Positions 31,201 through 38,848 of a stretch of DNA of 51,433 nt are shown in pieces. Source of the stretch: Polyangia bacterium (lineage in GTDB: Bacteria > Myxococcota_A > Polyangia > HGW-17 > JAJRWW01); contig JAVEWA010000001.1 of the NCBI GenBank assembly GCA_034004785.1, forward strand, positions 1 through 51,433. The letters run 5' to 3'. The notes beneath the pieces were generated by a model. The model saw only the letters and a list, made by a program, of their open reading frames with translations, was not told the DNA's origin and ran no database searches. The translations under genes and the position numbers were made by a program. Within the stretch, counting starts at the first letter, position 1, and every line of letters begins with the position of its first letter.

Positions 31201-33528
31201 AAGGGCCAGGTAGAGGCGATGAAGGCTCAGGCGACCGAGGCTCAGGCCGCTCGTGATCGAGCCCGACGCGAGCTCGAGGAAGCCAGGCATGCCGCGTCCC
31301 AGAGGCGCCACGAGAACAGGGCCTCGACCGCGCAGAAGGAGGCCGAAGCGGCTCGTCTGAAGGCCCAGCTCGAGGAGGTTCGTCGTAAGGAGAAGGAGGC
31401 TGCGGCTCGACTGGAGGCGCGGCTCGAAGCGGTGCGGAGCCAGGAGAGGGCCATGGAGAAGAGCCTCGCTGCCAAGCGGCGTCTCTCCAAGGAAGAGGCC
31501 AGACGTCTCGAAGCGGAGCTGAAGGTGCGCCGCGCGGCGCTGGAGGCCGAGCTCGCAGCCGAGCGCCGCAGGGTCAAGGAGCGTATCAGCGCGCTGAGGG
31601 CCAAGGAGACAGCCGCCAAGGAACTCGCGGCCCCCAAGGCAGCCGGGTCGAGGACGGCTTCATCCAGGGGCAAGGCTCGGGCCGCCAAAGGTGGTAGGAC
31701 GCTCTCCCAGGTGACCCAGGTGCAGTTCGTGGACGGAGTGTGGGCGCATCGGATCGTAGTGGACGTGAAGGGCCCAATTGTCCACGAGATCACCCGCGCG
31801 GGGCGCAGCAGCCTGACAGTGACCGTGGCGCGCGCGAGCATTCCCAGGAGCCTCGAGCGGAGCCTCGACGTGTCCGAGATCGACGGCCCCGTGCGGCTCG
31901 TTTCATCCCTCAGATCCCCGACCACTCAGGGCTCGGTGGATCTGGTGGTGGATCTGCGCCGGGAAGCCAAGTACCGCCTTTCTTCATCGCCCGGCAAGCT
32001 CTACATCGACGTCTGGAAGGACAAGGCAGAGGTGGCCAGAGCCAGGGCCAAGCGCGGGGAGCCCGCTGCTCCCCTCGCCCGGGCAGTGGACGTAGCTGCT
32101 GCCCGCGTCGCGGCGTACAGTGCGCCGGTTGGACCGGCCTCCGCGGCTTCCGCCGCGCAGCCGCTCAAGGCCTACAGAGGCTACCGTTACGGTCTCGGCG
32201 GGCGCTACACCGGGCCCAAGGTGGATATGGACTTCAACAATGCCGACATCCACAACGTGCTTCGTCTGATTGGCAGGGTCTGGAACAAGAACATCGTTGT
32301 CGCGGGCAAGGTGGACGGAAAGGTAACCATCCGCCTCCAGCGGGTAGAAGTGGACAGGGCGCTCGAGGTGATCCTCAAGACGCTTCAGCTAGGCATGGTG
32401 TGGCATGCGGCGAATCTCATCCGGGTGTCTCCGGAGAGCGACATCAAGGCCGAGCTCGACGCCATCGCAGCCGCCCAGGAGAAGCTGCGCACGGTGGAGC
32501 CGGTTTACACCCGCGTGATCCCCGTCAACTTCGCAAAGGCACAGGATGTGGCCGCCCGCATCGAGAAGAACATGCTCTCCAAGCGTGGGAAGGTGTCCCA
32601 CGATGAACGAACCAACACCATCATCGTCAGGGACGTCTCGGCCAACTTGCGCGCCATCATGTCCCTCACCAAGGCCCTCGACACGGCTACGCCACAGGTG
32701 CTGGTGGAGGCTCGGATCGTGGAGGCCTTCGACAACTTCACCCAGGAGATCGGAATCCAGTGGGGAGGCAACGTGCTCGCCGGCTCACAGACGGGTTACC
32801 CGACGGGCCTTCTCTTCCCCTCGACGGTGGGGCTGCAGGGAGGCACCGTTGACGCCGACACCAACACTAGCGGTTTGCAGGGCTCGGGTGTGACCAATCC
32901 AGGCTTCGCGGTGAACCTGCCCGCGGCGGTCGGCTCCGGGAGCGGCGGTGCCCTCGGGCTAACCCTGGGTAGCGTGACGGGAGCCTTCAACGTCAACCTC
33001 CGCCTGTCGGCAATGGAGGCCACCGGCCAGGTGCGAATCGTATCATCTCCAAAGGTTACGGTTCTCGACAACGTGGAGGCCAAGATCGAGCAGGGATTCA
33101 AGATCCCCTACTCCCAGACCTCCGCGCAGGGCACGACCACCATATTCCAGGACGCGAAGCTTTCTCTGAAGGTCAAGCCCCACGTCACCAACGACGGCAA
33201 CGTTGTCATGAAGATAGAGGTTGCCAATAGCCGGCCGAGCACTGTTGTCACGGGTTCCAGGGGTGAGGCCTCTATTCTGGAGAAGCTCGCCAACACCGAG
33301 ATGATGATCAAGGACGGCGACACGGCGGTCATCGGCGGGATCTTCACACGGAGCACCGAGGTGAACTTCTCCAAGGTTCCCTGGTTCGCCGAGATCCCCG
33401 TAATAGGCTGGCTCTTCAAGAAGAGGATCAAGAAGGACGAGCGGAGCGAGATGCTCATCTTCATAACTCCCCGTATCGTAACACCACGCTCCTCGAATAT
33501 ACTGAAGGACGAGGAGGTGCAGCGATGA
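28225..33528 (+). CDS. pilQ: Type IV pilus secretin PilQ, giant form (1767 aa) with a ~1000-aa coiled-coil-like insert between two AMIN-like domains
   Basis: ATG 28225 lies 2 nt after the pilP stop and gives the signal peptide MRYPTREKITVIGVVLLASLASGAARA. AMIN-like domain 1 is VTRISHQEAGGITTVTIQGDRTPTFTVYKLERPRRLVVDLSNT. An Ala/Glu/Arg/Lys/Gln-rich segment follows. AMIN-like domain 2 is VTQVQFVDGVWAHRIVVDVKG…VDLVVDLRREAKYRLSSSPGKLYIDVW. The secretin N domains are VDMDFNNADIHNVLRLIG… and RVIPVNFAKAQDVAARIE…ERTNTIIVRDV. The secretin core is VSSPKVTVLDNVEAKIEQG…VPWFAEIPVIGWLFKK…MLIFITPRIV. Confidence 0.9.
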   Translation: MRYPTREKITVIGVVLLASLASGAARASQGNMNKVTRISHQEAGGITTVTIQGDRTPTFTVYKLERPRRLVVDLSNTTVVGYDDPLEVETWAVGLLTVSRFVDSRAVIARVVIGFRRQANYQVKATGTKVVVVITPLALPSAADAPAVAPRGSSSTEIEGLRKDAKRLEAEALVRKEKAERLAKEAEATVLRARSLAGKTRKEAMAEAERQRQIARAALEQAQALRLRAQAQLQAAERAAAQTRQAALAYAVRLKAEAESLRTQADAQKQAAARAQEEARVALRAAESQADATRSAALKGARKLQENATRLQATAEASLREASSREKEVQRLLAQARSQLEAAKAEAEATRSRAREQAAALKEAAEAKASATWQEALKKAQTLEAAARREAEEAQAEALRKARALESAARERAAGYLEAAKGRLSEAQVEATRLASEAEAARRLLDSASSQVQAARQAASVANEQAEAARRQAEAARKNAAVLVADARRQEAEVRRSAAKATAEAKAEVDQARAKALAADAAARRLEVIAKQHRARKAEASRQADQAKSQAARAQAKAQAAERALEVAEASRKVALAEVDRLRSEADRYRTLVGRARQEIASLRQAREDMKSELARLRQQASAAQAALRQAKTQAARAQGEAALYGQLAKRQKQMEAEIDTVKAQLAAAREGLRVAKDSRRQEEARQALAKAARQQTELQLRQLELAKDRVAASKRLLEGQVEALAARHRAEQEAQGLAEKRRVALERAEREARERKVEAERLARKERERAEALLQSRRRLESLNTALREAVAVEERRRQELASALARLEDIRRTETSATKADARGLERRIMALRTREAKESKRLVGIREAVKSAEKETSELDGSAREAQRAAEKARLQKEEALQAAKAAQKDLGAARAALALERAALEKTRVERAALARAVGKAEQDLAGAKKEVAALVRSRASQEQALALVQKRLKKEQEELARVRAHSEGSFAKARKETAEAQDRLAALKGQVEAMKAQATEAQAARDRARRELEEARHAASQRRHENRASTAQKEAEAARLKAQLEEVRRKEKEAAARLEARLEAVRSQERAMEKSLAAKRRLSKEEARRLEAELKVRRAALEAELAAERRRVKERISALRAKETAAKELAAPKAAGSRTASSRGKARAAKGGRTLSQVTQVQFVDGVWAHRIVVDVKGPIVHEITRAGRSSLTVTVARASIPRSLERSLDVSEIDGPVRLVSSLRSPTTQGSVDLVVDLRREAKYRLSSSPGKLYIDVWKDKAEVARARAKRGEPAAPLARAVDVAAARVAAYSAPVGPASAASAAQPLKAYRGYRYGLGGRYTGPKVDMDFNNADIHNVLRLIGRVWNKNIVVAGKVDGKVTIRLQRVEVDRALEVILKTLQLGMVWHAANLIRVSPESDIKAELDAIAAAQEKLRTVEPVYTRVIPVNFAKAQDVAARIEKNMLSKRGKVSHDERTNTIIVRDVSANLRAIMSLTKALDTATPQVLVEARIVEAFDNFTQEIGIQWGGNVLAGSQTGYPTGLLFPSTVGLQGGTVDADTNTSGLQGSGVTNPGFAVNLPAAVGSGSGGALGLTLGSVTGAFNVNLRLSAMEATGQVRIVSSPKVTVLDNVEAKIEQGFKIPYSQTSAQGTTTIFQDAKLSLKVKPHVTNDGNVVMKIEVANSRPSTVVTGSRGEASILEKLANTEMMIKDGDTAVIGGIFTRSTEVNFSKVPWFAEIPVIGWLFKKRIKKDERSEMLIFITPRIVTPRSSNILKDEEVQR

Positions 33529-34244
33529 GGAACCAACTAGTGGGATGGTGCGCGATCCTCGTGGCGTGGCTCGTCGGGATCGGAGCCTGCGTGGAGAATC
33601 GTCAATCGGTGACGATCCTGCAGATGCAGGCTGCGGACGACAACTGCATGGTGTCGAGCGGTCAGTCGAGCAACACCGTCCAGATGGGGAGGTTGGACAT
33701 TTGGAACGCAGCGAATGTCCCAACCGAGTACTATCTGTTCCCTCTGGTGAAGAACAACCTCCTGTCCACAGCTTCGACTGATGACGTCGAGCGGAACCAG
33801 ATCGAGATCGTCGAGGCCGTTGTCGAGCTGGATCTCGGAGCCTCGGGCGGAACGGCCAAGTTCAACTACCCCGCCTTCATCACCTTGTCGCCAGGCGAGT
33901 CGGCTGCGGTGCAGGTCCGGGCCATCCCATCTTCGGTCTCGGAGGTGTTGGCGGGCAGGCTCACGAGCCCAGGGGACTCCCAGTGGGTGCGGATCGGAGT
34001 CCGGCTCCGGTACCAGCATGGCGAGTACGAAAAGGAGACCCACCAAGTGGATTTCCCCGTTCTGGTGGGACGCTACATCCTGTTCCCATCCCCCGAGGAG
34101 ACTCCAGGGTGCGACTCGGGCCTCGTGCCTGAGCAGGTCAGGGAGGGCAATGGCTGCAACATCTACCAGGACAAGCCAATTGACTGCTGCACCATGGGTG
34201 GAAACCTGATCTGCCCTGCAGAGGACATGAGCACCCTGGAGTAG
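33525..34244 (+). CDS. Hypothetical lipoprotein translationally coupled to pilQ
   Basis: The ATG overlaps the pilQ stop (ATGA at 33525-33528). Signal peptide plus lipobox: MRNQLVGWCAILVAWLVGIGAC. The C-terminal Cys cluster is …PGCDSG…GNGCNIYQDKPIDCCTMGGNLICP. Confidence 0.8.
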   Translation: MRNQLVGWCAILVAWLVGIGACVENRQSVTILQMQAADDNCMVSSGQSSNTVQMGRLDIWNAANVPTEYYLFPLVKNNLLSTASTDDVERNQIEIVEAVVELDLGASGGTAKFNYPAFITLSPGESAAVQVRAIPSSVSEVLAGRLTSPGDSQWVRIGVRLRYQHGEYEKETHQVDFPVLVGRYILFPSPEETPGCDSGLVPEQVREGNGCNIYQDKPIDCCTMGGNLICPAEDMSTLE

Positions 34245-34352
34245 GGCATGCCCCTGGGGCCAGGGCCGGCCCCCGATGTTACCATTTAGGGTCGGGGTGG
34301 CGGACAGAGCCTGGGACAAGCAGGCGCATAGAGCCGAACCAAGTGAATATTT

Positions 34353-34382
34353 TTGACTTTGGGGCATAACTCGCGGTATCAA
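34353..34382 (+). promoter_or_regulatory. Candidate sigma70-type promoter (TTGACT-18 nt-TATCAA) upstream of the Roadblock/LC7 gene
   Basis: The sequence is ttgact ttggggcataactcgcgg tatcaa. The -10 element ends ~28 nt before ATG 34410, which has a GAGAGGAGAG RBS. Confidence 0.35.
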
Positions 34383-34409
34383 TAGGGGCCGGTGCCGAGA
34401 GGAGAGCCG

Positions 34410-34769
34410 ATGTTCCGGGAGCACCTCCAGAAGATGGTGGAGAATGTCGAAGGGGGCCAAGCCGCCCTGCTGATGGGTTTCGACGGCATTGCGGTGGAAT
34501 CCTACTGCCGTGAGGAGGCTGGGCCTTCGGACATTCAGACTGTGGGTATGGAGTTTTCTTTCATCTTCGGGCAGATCCGCAAGGCAGCGGAGATCCTGGA
34601 GATCGGGGGGATCAAGGAGGTCACCATCCAGGCCGAGCACTTGGTGATCATCATCCGTGCCCTCACAGATGAGTACTTTGCTGCCCTCACCCTGTCCGAG
34701 CATGGAAACTTCGGGAAAGCGCGCTTTCTCCTGCGAGTCACCGCTCCCCGCCTGCTCAAGGACCTCTAG
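34410..34769 (+). CDS. Roadblock/LC7 domain protein (MglB/MglC-like)
   Basis: ATG 34410 is preceded by GAGGAG; the longest ORF begins at GTG 34392. The sequence MFREHLQKMVENVEGGQAALLMGFDGIAVESY…IKEVTIQAEHLVIIIRALTDEYFAALTLSEHGNFGKARFLLR has the Roadblock/LC7 pattern. In Myxococcus xanthus the MglB paralog MglC is encoded close to pilQ (from memory). Confidence 0.75.
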   Translation: MFREHLQKMVENVEGGQAALLMGFDGIAVESYCREEAGPSDIQTVGMEFSFIFGQIRKAAEILEIGGIKEVTIQAEHLVIIIRALTDEYFAALTLSEHGNFGKARFLLRVTAPRLLKDL

Positions 34770-34777
34770 TCCCGGCT

Positions 34778-37693
34778 GTGGCGATCAATAAAAATAAGGT
34801 GATCGCCGCTGCCCAGAAGTTTGTGCAGAAGGGGCAGCTCGACAAGGCAATTCGCGAGTATCTCCGGGTAGTGGAAGAGGAACCGGGCGACGTTCGCACC
34901 TGGCTGAAGATTGGGGATCTCCAGCTCAAGGTCGGCGCGTCCGGGGATGCCACCGCGACCTATCTCAAGGTGGCCAACACCTACTCCCAAGAGGGATTTT
35001 ATCTCAAGGCGGTGGCGGTATACAAGCAGGTCCTCCGGCTTCAACCTGAATTCGTCGAGGTGCACTTCAAGCTGGCGGCCCTCAACAAGCAGCTAGGTCT
35101 CATCTCCGACGCCCGCAGGCAGCTCGAGACGGCATTTCAGCTCCTCGTGAAGGCCGGACGGACAGAGGAGTCCCACCAGGTCCTCTCCGCAATGGTGGAG
35201 ATGGACCCCGAGAACGTCGCGGCAAGGATTCGGCTGGCCGAGGTCCATTCGAAGGAAAAACGCGTCGAGGAGGCGATCGCCGAGTTCACCCGTGCAGCCG
35301 ACGTCCTCCGTAGCTCGGGAAGAACAGACGATTTTTTAAGAGTGGCCGAGCGCATCATCTGGCACAAGGCCGACAACATCCCCTTCATCAAGGAGGTCGC
35401 CTCGCTCTACCTGGAGCGCCAGGATCCCCGCCGAGCTCTCCAGAAGCTCCAAGTCTGCTACAAGGCCGATGAGAAAGACACCGAGACCATGGCGCTCTTG
35501 GTGAAGGCCTTCATCGCTCTCGAACAGCCGGAGAAGGCAGTTACCATCCTGAAGGTTCTCGCCTCTGTCCACGAGGAGAAGGGGGAGCTCGACCAGAGGG
35601 ATGAGGTGTTCCGCCGCATTCTCATGCTAGCGCCCGATGACAGAGAGGCGAGGGACGCGCTCAGGGAAGCTACCGGAGTCTCGGCGCTGGTAGTCCCTAC
35701 CGATGCGTACGAGCCGCGTCCCGTGCCCGCTCCTGCCCCGGCTCCATTGCAGCCGGAGCCACCCGTAGAGGAGGAGATCGAGGAGATCGAGGAGATCGCG
35801 GAGATCGACGCCTTTGAAGAGCTCGGTGAAGAGGACGAGACCGCAAGCCAGATTGCGACGCTCTACGGAGAGGCAGAGGTTTACGAGAAGTTTGGTCTGC
35901 TGCAGGAGGCCGTTGACCAGCTCGAGCGAGCGAAGCAGCTAGAGCCGGATAACCTCGAGACACAGCTTCGCCTCAAGGAGCTATTTGTAAAGCTCGACCG
36001 AACGGACGACGCGGTCGCCGCCATCCTGGTTGTCGCGGGCTCCAAGATGGACTCCGAACCCGAGGAGGCGGCGGCGCTCTTGAGGCAAGCCCTCGAGCTT
36101 GACTCCAACAATCGGCGCGCCCGGGACATGCTCGCAGACTTGCCAGGAGCCGAGCCGGCGCCGCGTCCGCGGCGGAGCAGCATGCATCTGGCAAGCCGCT
36201 GGCAGCGGGCGGAGTCGGACTCCCAGATCATGGATGACATCGCCGCTGCGGCCTTCGCCGAGCAGCCGGTGTTTGCCACCGAGGAGATAGACATAGACGC
36301 CCTCGAGCGCGATCTGGAGGACAGGGGGCCCTTCCCCTCAGGTCGTTTTCGCCCAGTGATGACCGAGGCAGAGGGGAAGAATCAGCGCCACCCGGACGGC
36401 GCCCCGGATCCATACGGGGATGCCGGGCTCGAGTACCTGGAGGAGGGAGTAGGGCCGAGCGTCCTCGGGACCGAGGACGAGCTGGAGGTGGACTTCAGCA
36501 GCCTGGCGGAAGATCTCGAGGGTCTGGAACCCCAAGAATATCGAAGGGCCGGCGATCCGGACTTTCAATCGGGGCCCGGGATGGACACGGCCATCGTGTC
36601 ACATGACAGGTTCGCTCACATCGCTGCCGGGCTGGATGGTGACGATGACGACGAGCCCCTGGATCTTGGGAGAGAGCCATCGGGCGTAGGGATGGGGCCC
36701 GAAGACCTGTTTCAGGACGAGCTGCGGCAACTGGAGGAGGCAGAACAGCTGGTAGCGAGCATTACCAGCGACAAGCTGCAGGCGCTCGAGCGGCCTGGCC
36801 AGCCTGCGCGGGCTTCGGGGAGCCCAGGGCCGGATTATGGGCAGGATCTGCAAGATGAGGCCCAGGAAGTCATGCTGCCGCCCGAGGAATCGGATCGGCC
36901 ACGGGCCGCCCAGGAGGTTCCAGAAGCTCTCGCGGAGGAGATGGCAGAGGCGGATTTCTTCATCAACCAGGGACTCCTCGAGGACGCCATTGGGATGCTT
37001 CGAGACCTGATCGACGAGCACGGAGAGCATCCGGCCCTCATGGCGAAGATCGCTGGCCTCACCGCGCAGCTCCACGGAGAGGAGGAGGGAGATGGAGTAT
37101 TCGACGATCTCGACGTCGAGGGGGCCTTCAGTGGCCTCTCAGAGGATGGGAGCCAGGAAGATCATGCAGACGCCGCTCCCGCTTTCAGGCCCCACGTACC
37201 AACGAAGGAAGCCGACGCCTTCTCACAGTTCAAGGAGGGTGTTGCGCGGCAGGTAGGCGAGGACGATGCGGACACTCACTTCGACGTCGGGATCGCATAT
37301 CGTGAGATGGGCATGCTAAGAGACGCGATAAACGAGTTTCGCACTGCCATGAGGGCTCACAACGAGGTCCAGTGTCATCTGATGATCGCTTTGTGTCACC
37401 GTGATCTGGGGGAGCAGAGCGAGGCGATCAACATCTACAAGAAGGCGCTATACTGCGAGAGGATTACCGAGGCCGAGCAGGTTGACATCTACTACCAGAT
37501 GGGGCTCACCTACGAATCGCTCAGTGACCCCCAAGAGGCACTCTACTACTACGAGAAGGTGTCACGGATGGCCAGCTCCTACCGAGACGTTGTCGAACGG
37601 CGCGACGCGCTGAAATCCGCGCTCGACAGCTCCAGGGCGGCAGGCCAGAAGGGAGTCGATTCGGCCTTCGACGATCTGATCGATCAATCCTAG
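34778..37693 (+). CDS. Large TPR protein: N-terminal TPR block, long acidic disordered middle, C-terminal TPR block
   Basis: The GTG start lies 9 nt after the Roadblock gene stop. The N-terminal ~290 aa are paralogous to the 18524..19999 protein. The middle is Glu/Asp-rich (…EEEIEEIEEIAEIDAFEELGEEDE…). The C-terminal TPRs are …FDVGIAYREMGMLRDAINEFRTAM…AINIYKKALY…ALYYYEKV…. Confidence 0.85.
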   Translation: MAINKNKVIAAAQKFVQKGQLDKAIREYLRVVEEEPGDVRTWLKIGDLQLKVGASGDATATYLKVANTYSQEGFYLKAVAVYKQVLRLQPEFVEVHFKLAALNKQLGLISDARRQLETAFQLLVKAGRTEESHQVLSAMVEMDPENVAARIRLAEVHSKEKRVEEAIAEFTRAADVLRSSGRTDDFLRVAERIIWHKADNIPFIKEVASLYLERQDPRRALQKLQVCYKADEKDTETMALLVKAFIALEQPEKAVTILKVLASVHEEKGELDQRDEVFRRILMLAPDDREARDALREATGVSALVVPTDAYEPRPVPAPAPAPLQPEPPVEEEIEEIEEIAEIDAFEELGEEDETASQIATLYGEAEVYEKFGLLQEAVDQLERAKQLEPDNLETQLRLKELFVKLDRTDDAVAAILVVAGSKMDSEPEEAAALLRQALELDSNNRRARDMLADLPGAEPAPRPRRSSMHLASRWQRAESDSQIMDDIAAAAFAEQPVFATEEIDIDALERDLEDRGPFPSGRFRPVMTEAEGKNQRHPDGAPDPYGDAGLEYLEEGVGPSVLGTEDELEVDFSSLAEDLEGLEPQEYRRAGDPDFQSGPGMDTAIVSHDRFAHIAAGLDGDDDDEPLDLGREPSGVGMGPEDLFQDELRQLEEAEQLVASITSDKLQALERPGQPARASGSPGPDYGQDLQDEAQEVMLPPEESDRPRAAQEVPEALAEEMAEADFFINQGLLEDAIGMLRDLIDEHGEHPALMAKIAGLTAQLHGEEEGDGVFDDLDVEGAFSGLSEDGSQEDHADAAPAFRPHVPTKEADAFSQFKEGVARQVGEDDADTHFDVGIAYREMGMLRDAINEFRTAMRAHNEVQCHLMIALCHRDLGEQSEAINIYKKALYCERITEAEQVDIYYQMGLTYESLSDPQEALYYYEKVSRMASSYRDVVERRDALKSALDSSRAAGQKGVDSAFDDLIDQS

Positions 37694-37785
37694 CTGAGAT
37701 TCTGGAAGGCTCCGATCTGGAGCGGCCATCGACTCGAGCGAGGCAGACGAACTCACCGAGCCGCGTTTTTCCAAGCGAGCAGGAT

Positions 37786-38817
37786 ATGACACGTATTGAA
37801 CTGACGTTCAGACAGGAGCTGCACCGGCTGGCAGCCTATCAGTTCCTGGAGCCATGGATCCGGGAAAGCCATGTGCTGGAGCTGGGATGCGGCGACGGCC
37901 ATGGGTTGAGACAACTCGTCGCCCTGGGTGCGCGCTCTGTGCTGGGAATGGATCGAGCTCCCCACCACGCGCGCTCCCGAGTCGAAGGTCTGGGTGATGT
38001 GGTATCTCTCAGGGGATACCAGGGGAATCGCCTGGATCTGCGAGGCGCCCAGTTCGACGTGGTCATCGTCAACGACGTCGCAGCTCTACTCGGAACGCCC
38101 AGACTGTTGCAGGAGATATGCGCCACACTGTCTGCACGGGGTATGGTCGTGGTGCGGGCAGAGAGCAGAGATCGAACTGACGCTGCGAGCGGCGCAACCT
38201 ACGGTGAGCTCATGGACCTGCTCGAGCCCGCCTTCCCCACGGTTCGCGTCTTCGGTCAGAGCCCCTTCGTTGGATACAGCCTGGCCGAGCTGACAGGCAG
38301 GGAAGAGGAAGACCTCGATGTTTTCGTGGATGGCGCCCTCATGAGCGGGGCGGTGGAGGAGGTAGGTAGCTACATCTTTCTCTGCGGTGCCGTGAAAGGT
38401 CAGGAGGGCGTGTATGGAATTCTTCAGGTGCCAGCCGAGGGAGATTCCGGCCTGGAGAGGTGGCGGGATTCCCTGGTGATCCCAGGAGAGGAGAGTGGAG
38501 ACGAAGGAGGAGACCTGACGCGCGAGCCGGGTGATTCTCCCTGGAGAGAGAGCCAGGTGGCCGTCACGGGCAGGGAGGGTGACATGCTGGCCGGGGGACC
38601 CGCGACCGAAGGCGCGGGAGATCCCGCTGGAGAGGTTGGAGGGCAGCTCGGGCGCGGACGAAGCGAGGGCGTAGCACCATCCGTGAGCGGCCTCTACATG
38701 TCGAAGGAAGAGGCTGTCAAACCGCAACAAGAGGCGGTGAGAATCGCTCTCGAGGAGCTCACAGACGGACGAGGCGGGCTGATCGAGCGGTGGCGCTGGC
38801 CGGGCGCAATGAGCTGA
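37786..38817 (+). CDS. Class I SAM-dependent methyltransferase with a disordered C-terminal extension
   Basis: Motif I is HVLELGCGDGHGLRQLVALGARSVLGMD, and motif II/III-like segments are FDVVIVNDV and GMVVV. The C-terminal ~130 aa are Gly/Glu/Ser-rich. Confidence 0.8.
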   Translation: MTRIELTFRQELHRLAAYQFLEPWIRESHVLELGCGDGHGLRQLVALGARSVLGMDRAPHHARSRVEGLGDVVSLRGYQGNRLDLRGAQFDVVIVNDVAALLGTPRLLQEICATLSARGMVVVRAESRDRTDAASGATYGELMDLLEPAFPTVRVFGQSPFVGYSLAELTGREEEDLDVFVDGALMSGAVEEVGSYIFLCGAVKGQEGVYGILQVPAEGDSGLERWRDSLVIPGEESGDEGGDLTREPGDSPWRESQVAVTGREGDMLAGGPATEGAGDPAGEVGGQLGRGRSEGVAPSVSGLYMSKEEAVKPQQEAVRIALEELTDGRGGLIERWRWPGAMS

Positions 38818-38848
38818 ACCACCACCGCCTGCCAGGCACGTGAGTACT

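Noticed and set aside
29134-31925. Several 230-320-aa minus-strand ORFs (29134..30099, 29306..30013, 30429..31163, 30571..31311, 31242..31925)
   Set aside because: They are mirror images of the Ala/Glu/Arg-rich pilQ insert. Antisense of GCN/GAR/CGN codons gives Ser/Arg/Ala/Leu-rich open frames, and none has a start context or motif.
33537-34703. 388-aa minus-strand ORF
   Set aside because: It is antisense to the pilQ-coupled lipoprotein and the Roadblock/LC7 gene, both of which have clear signals or domain patterns.
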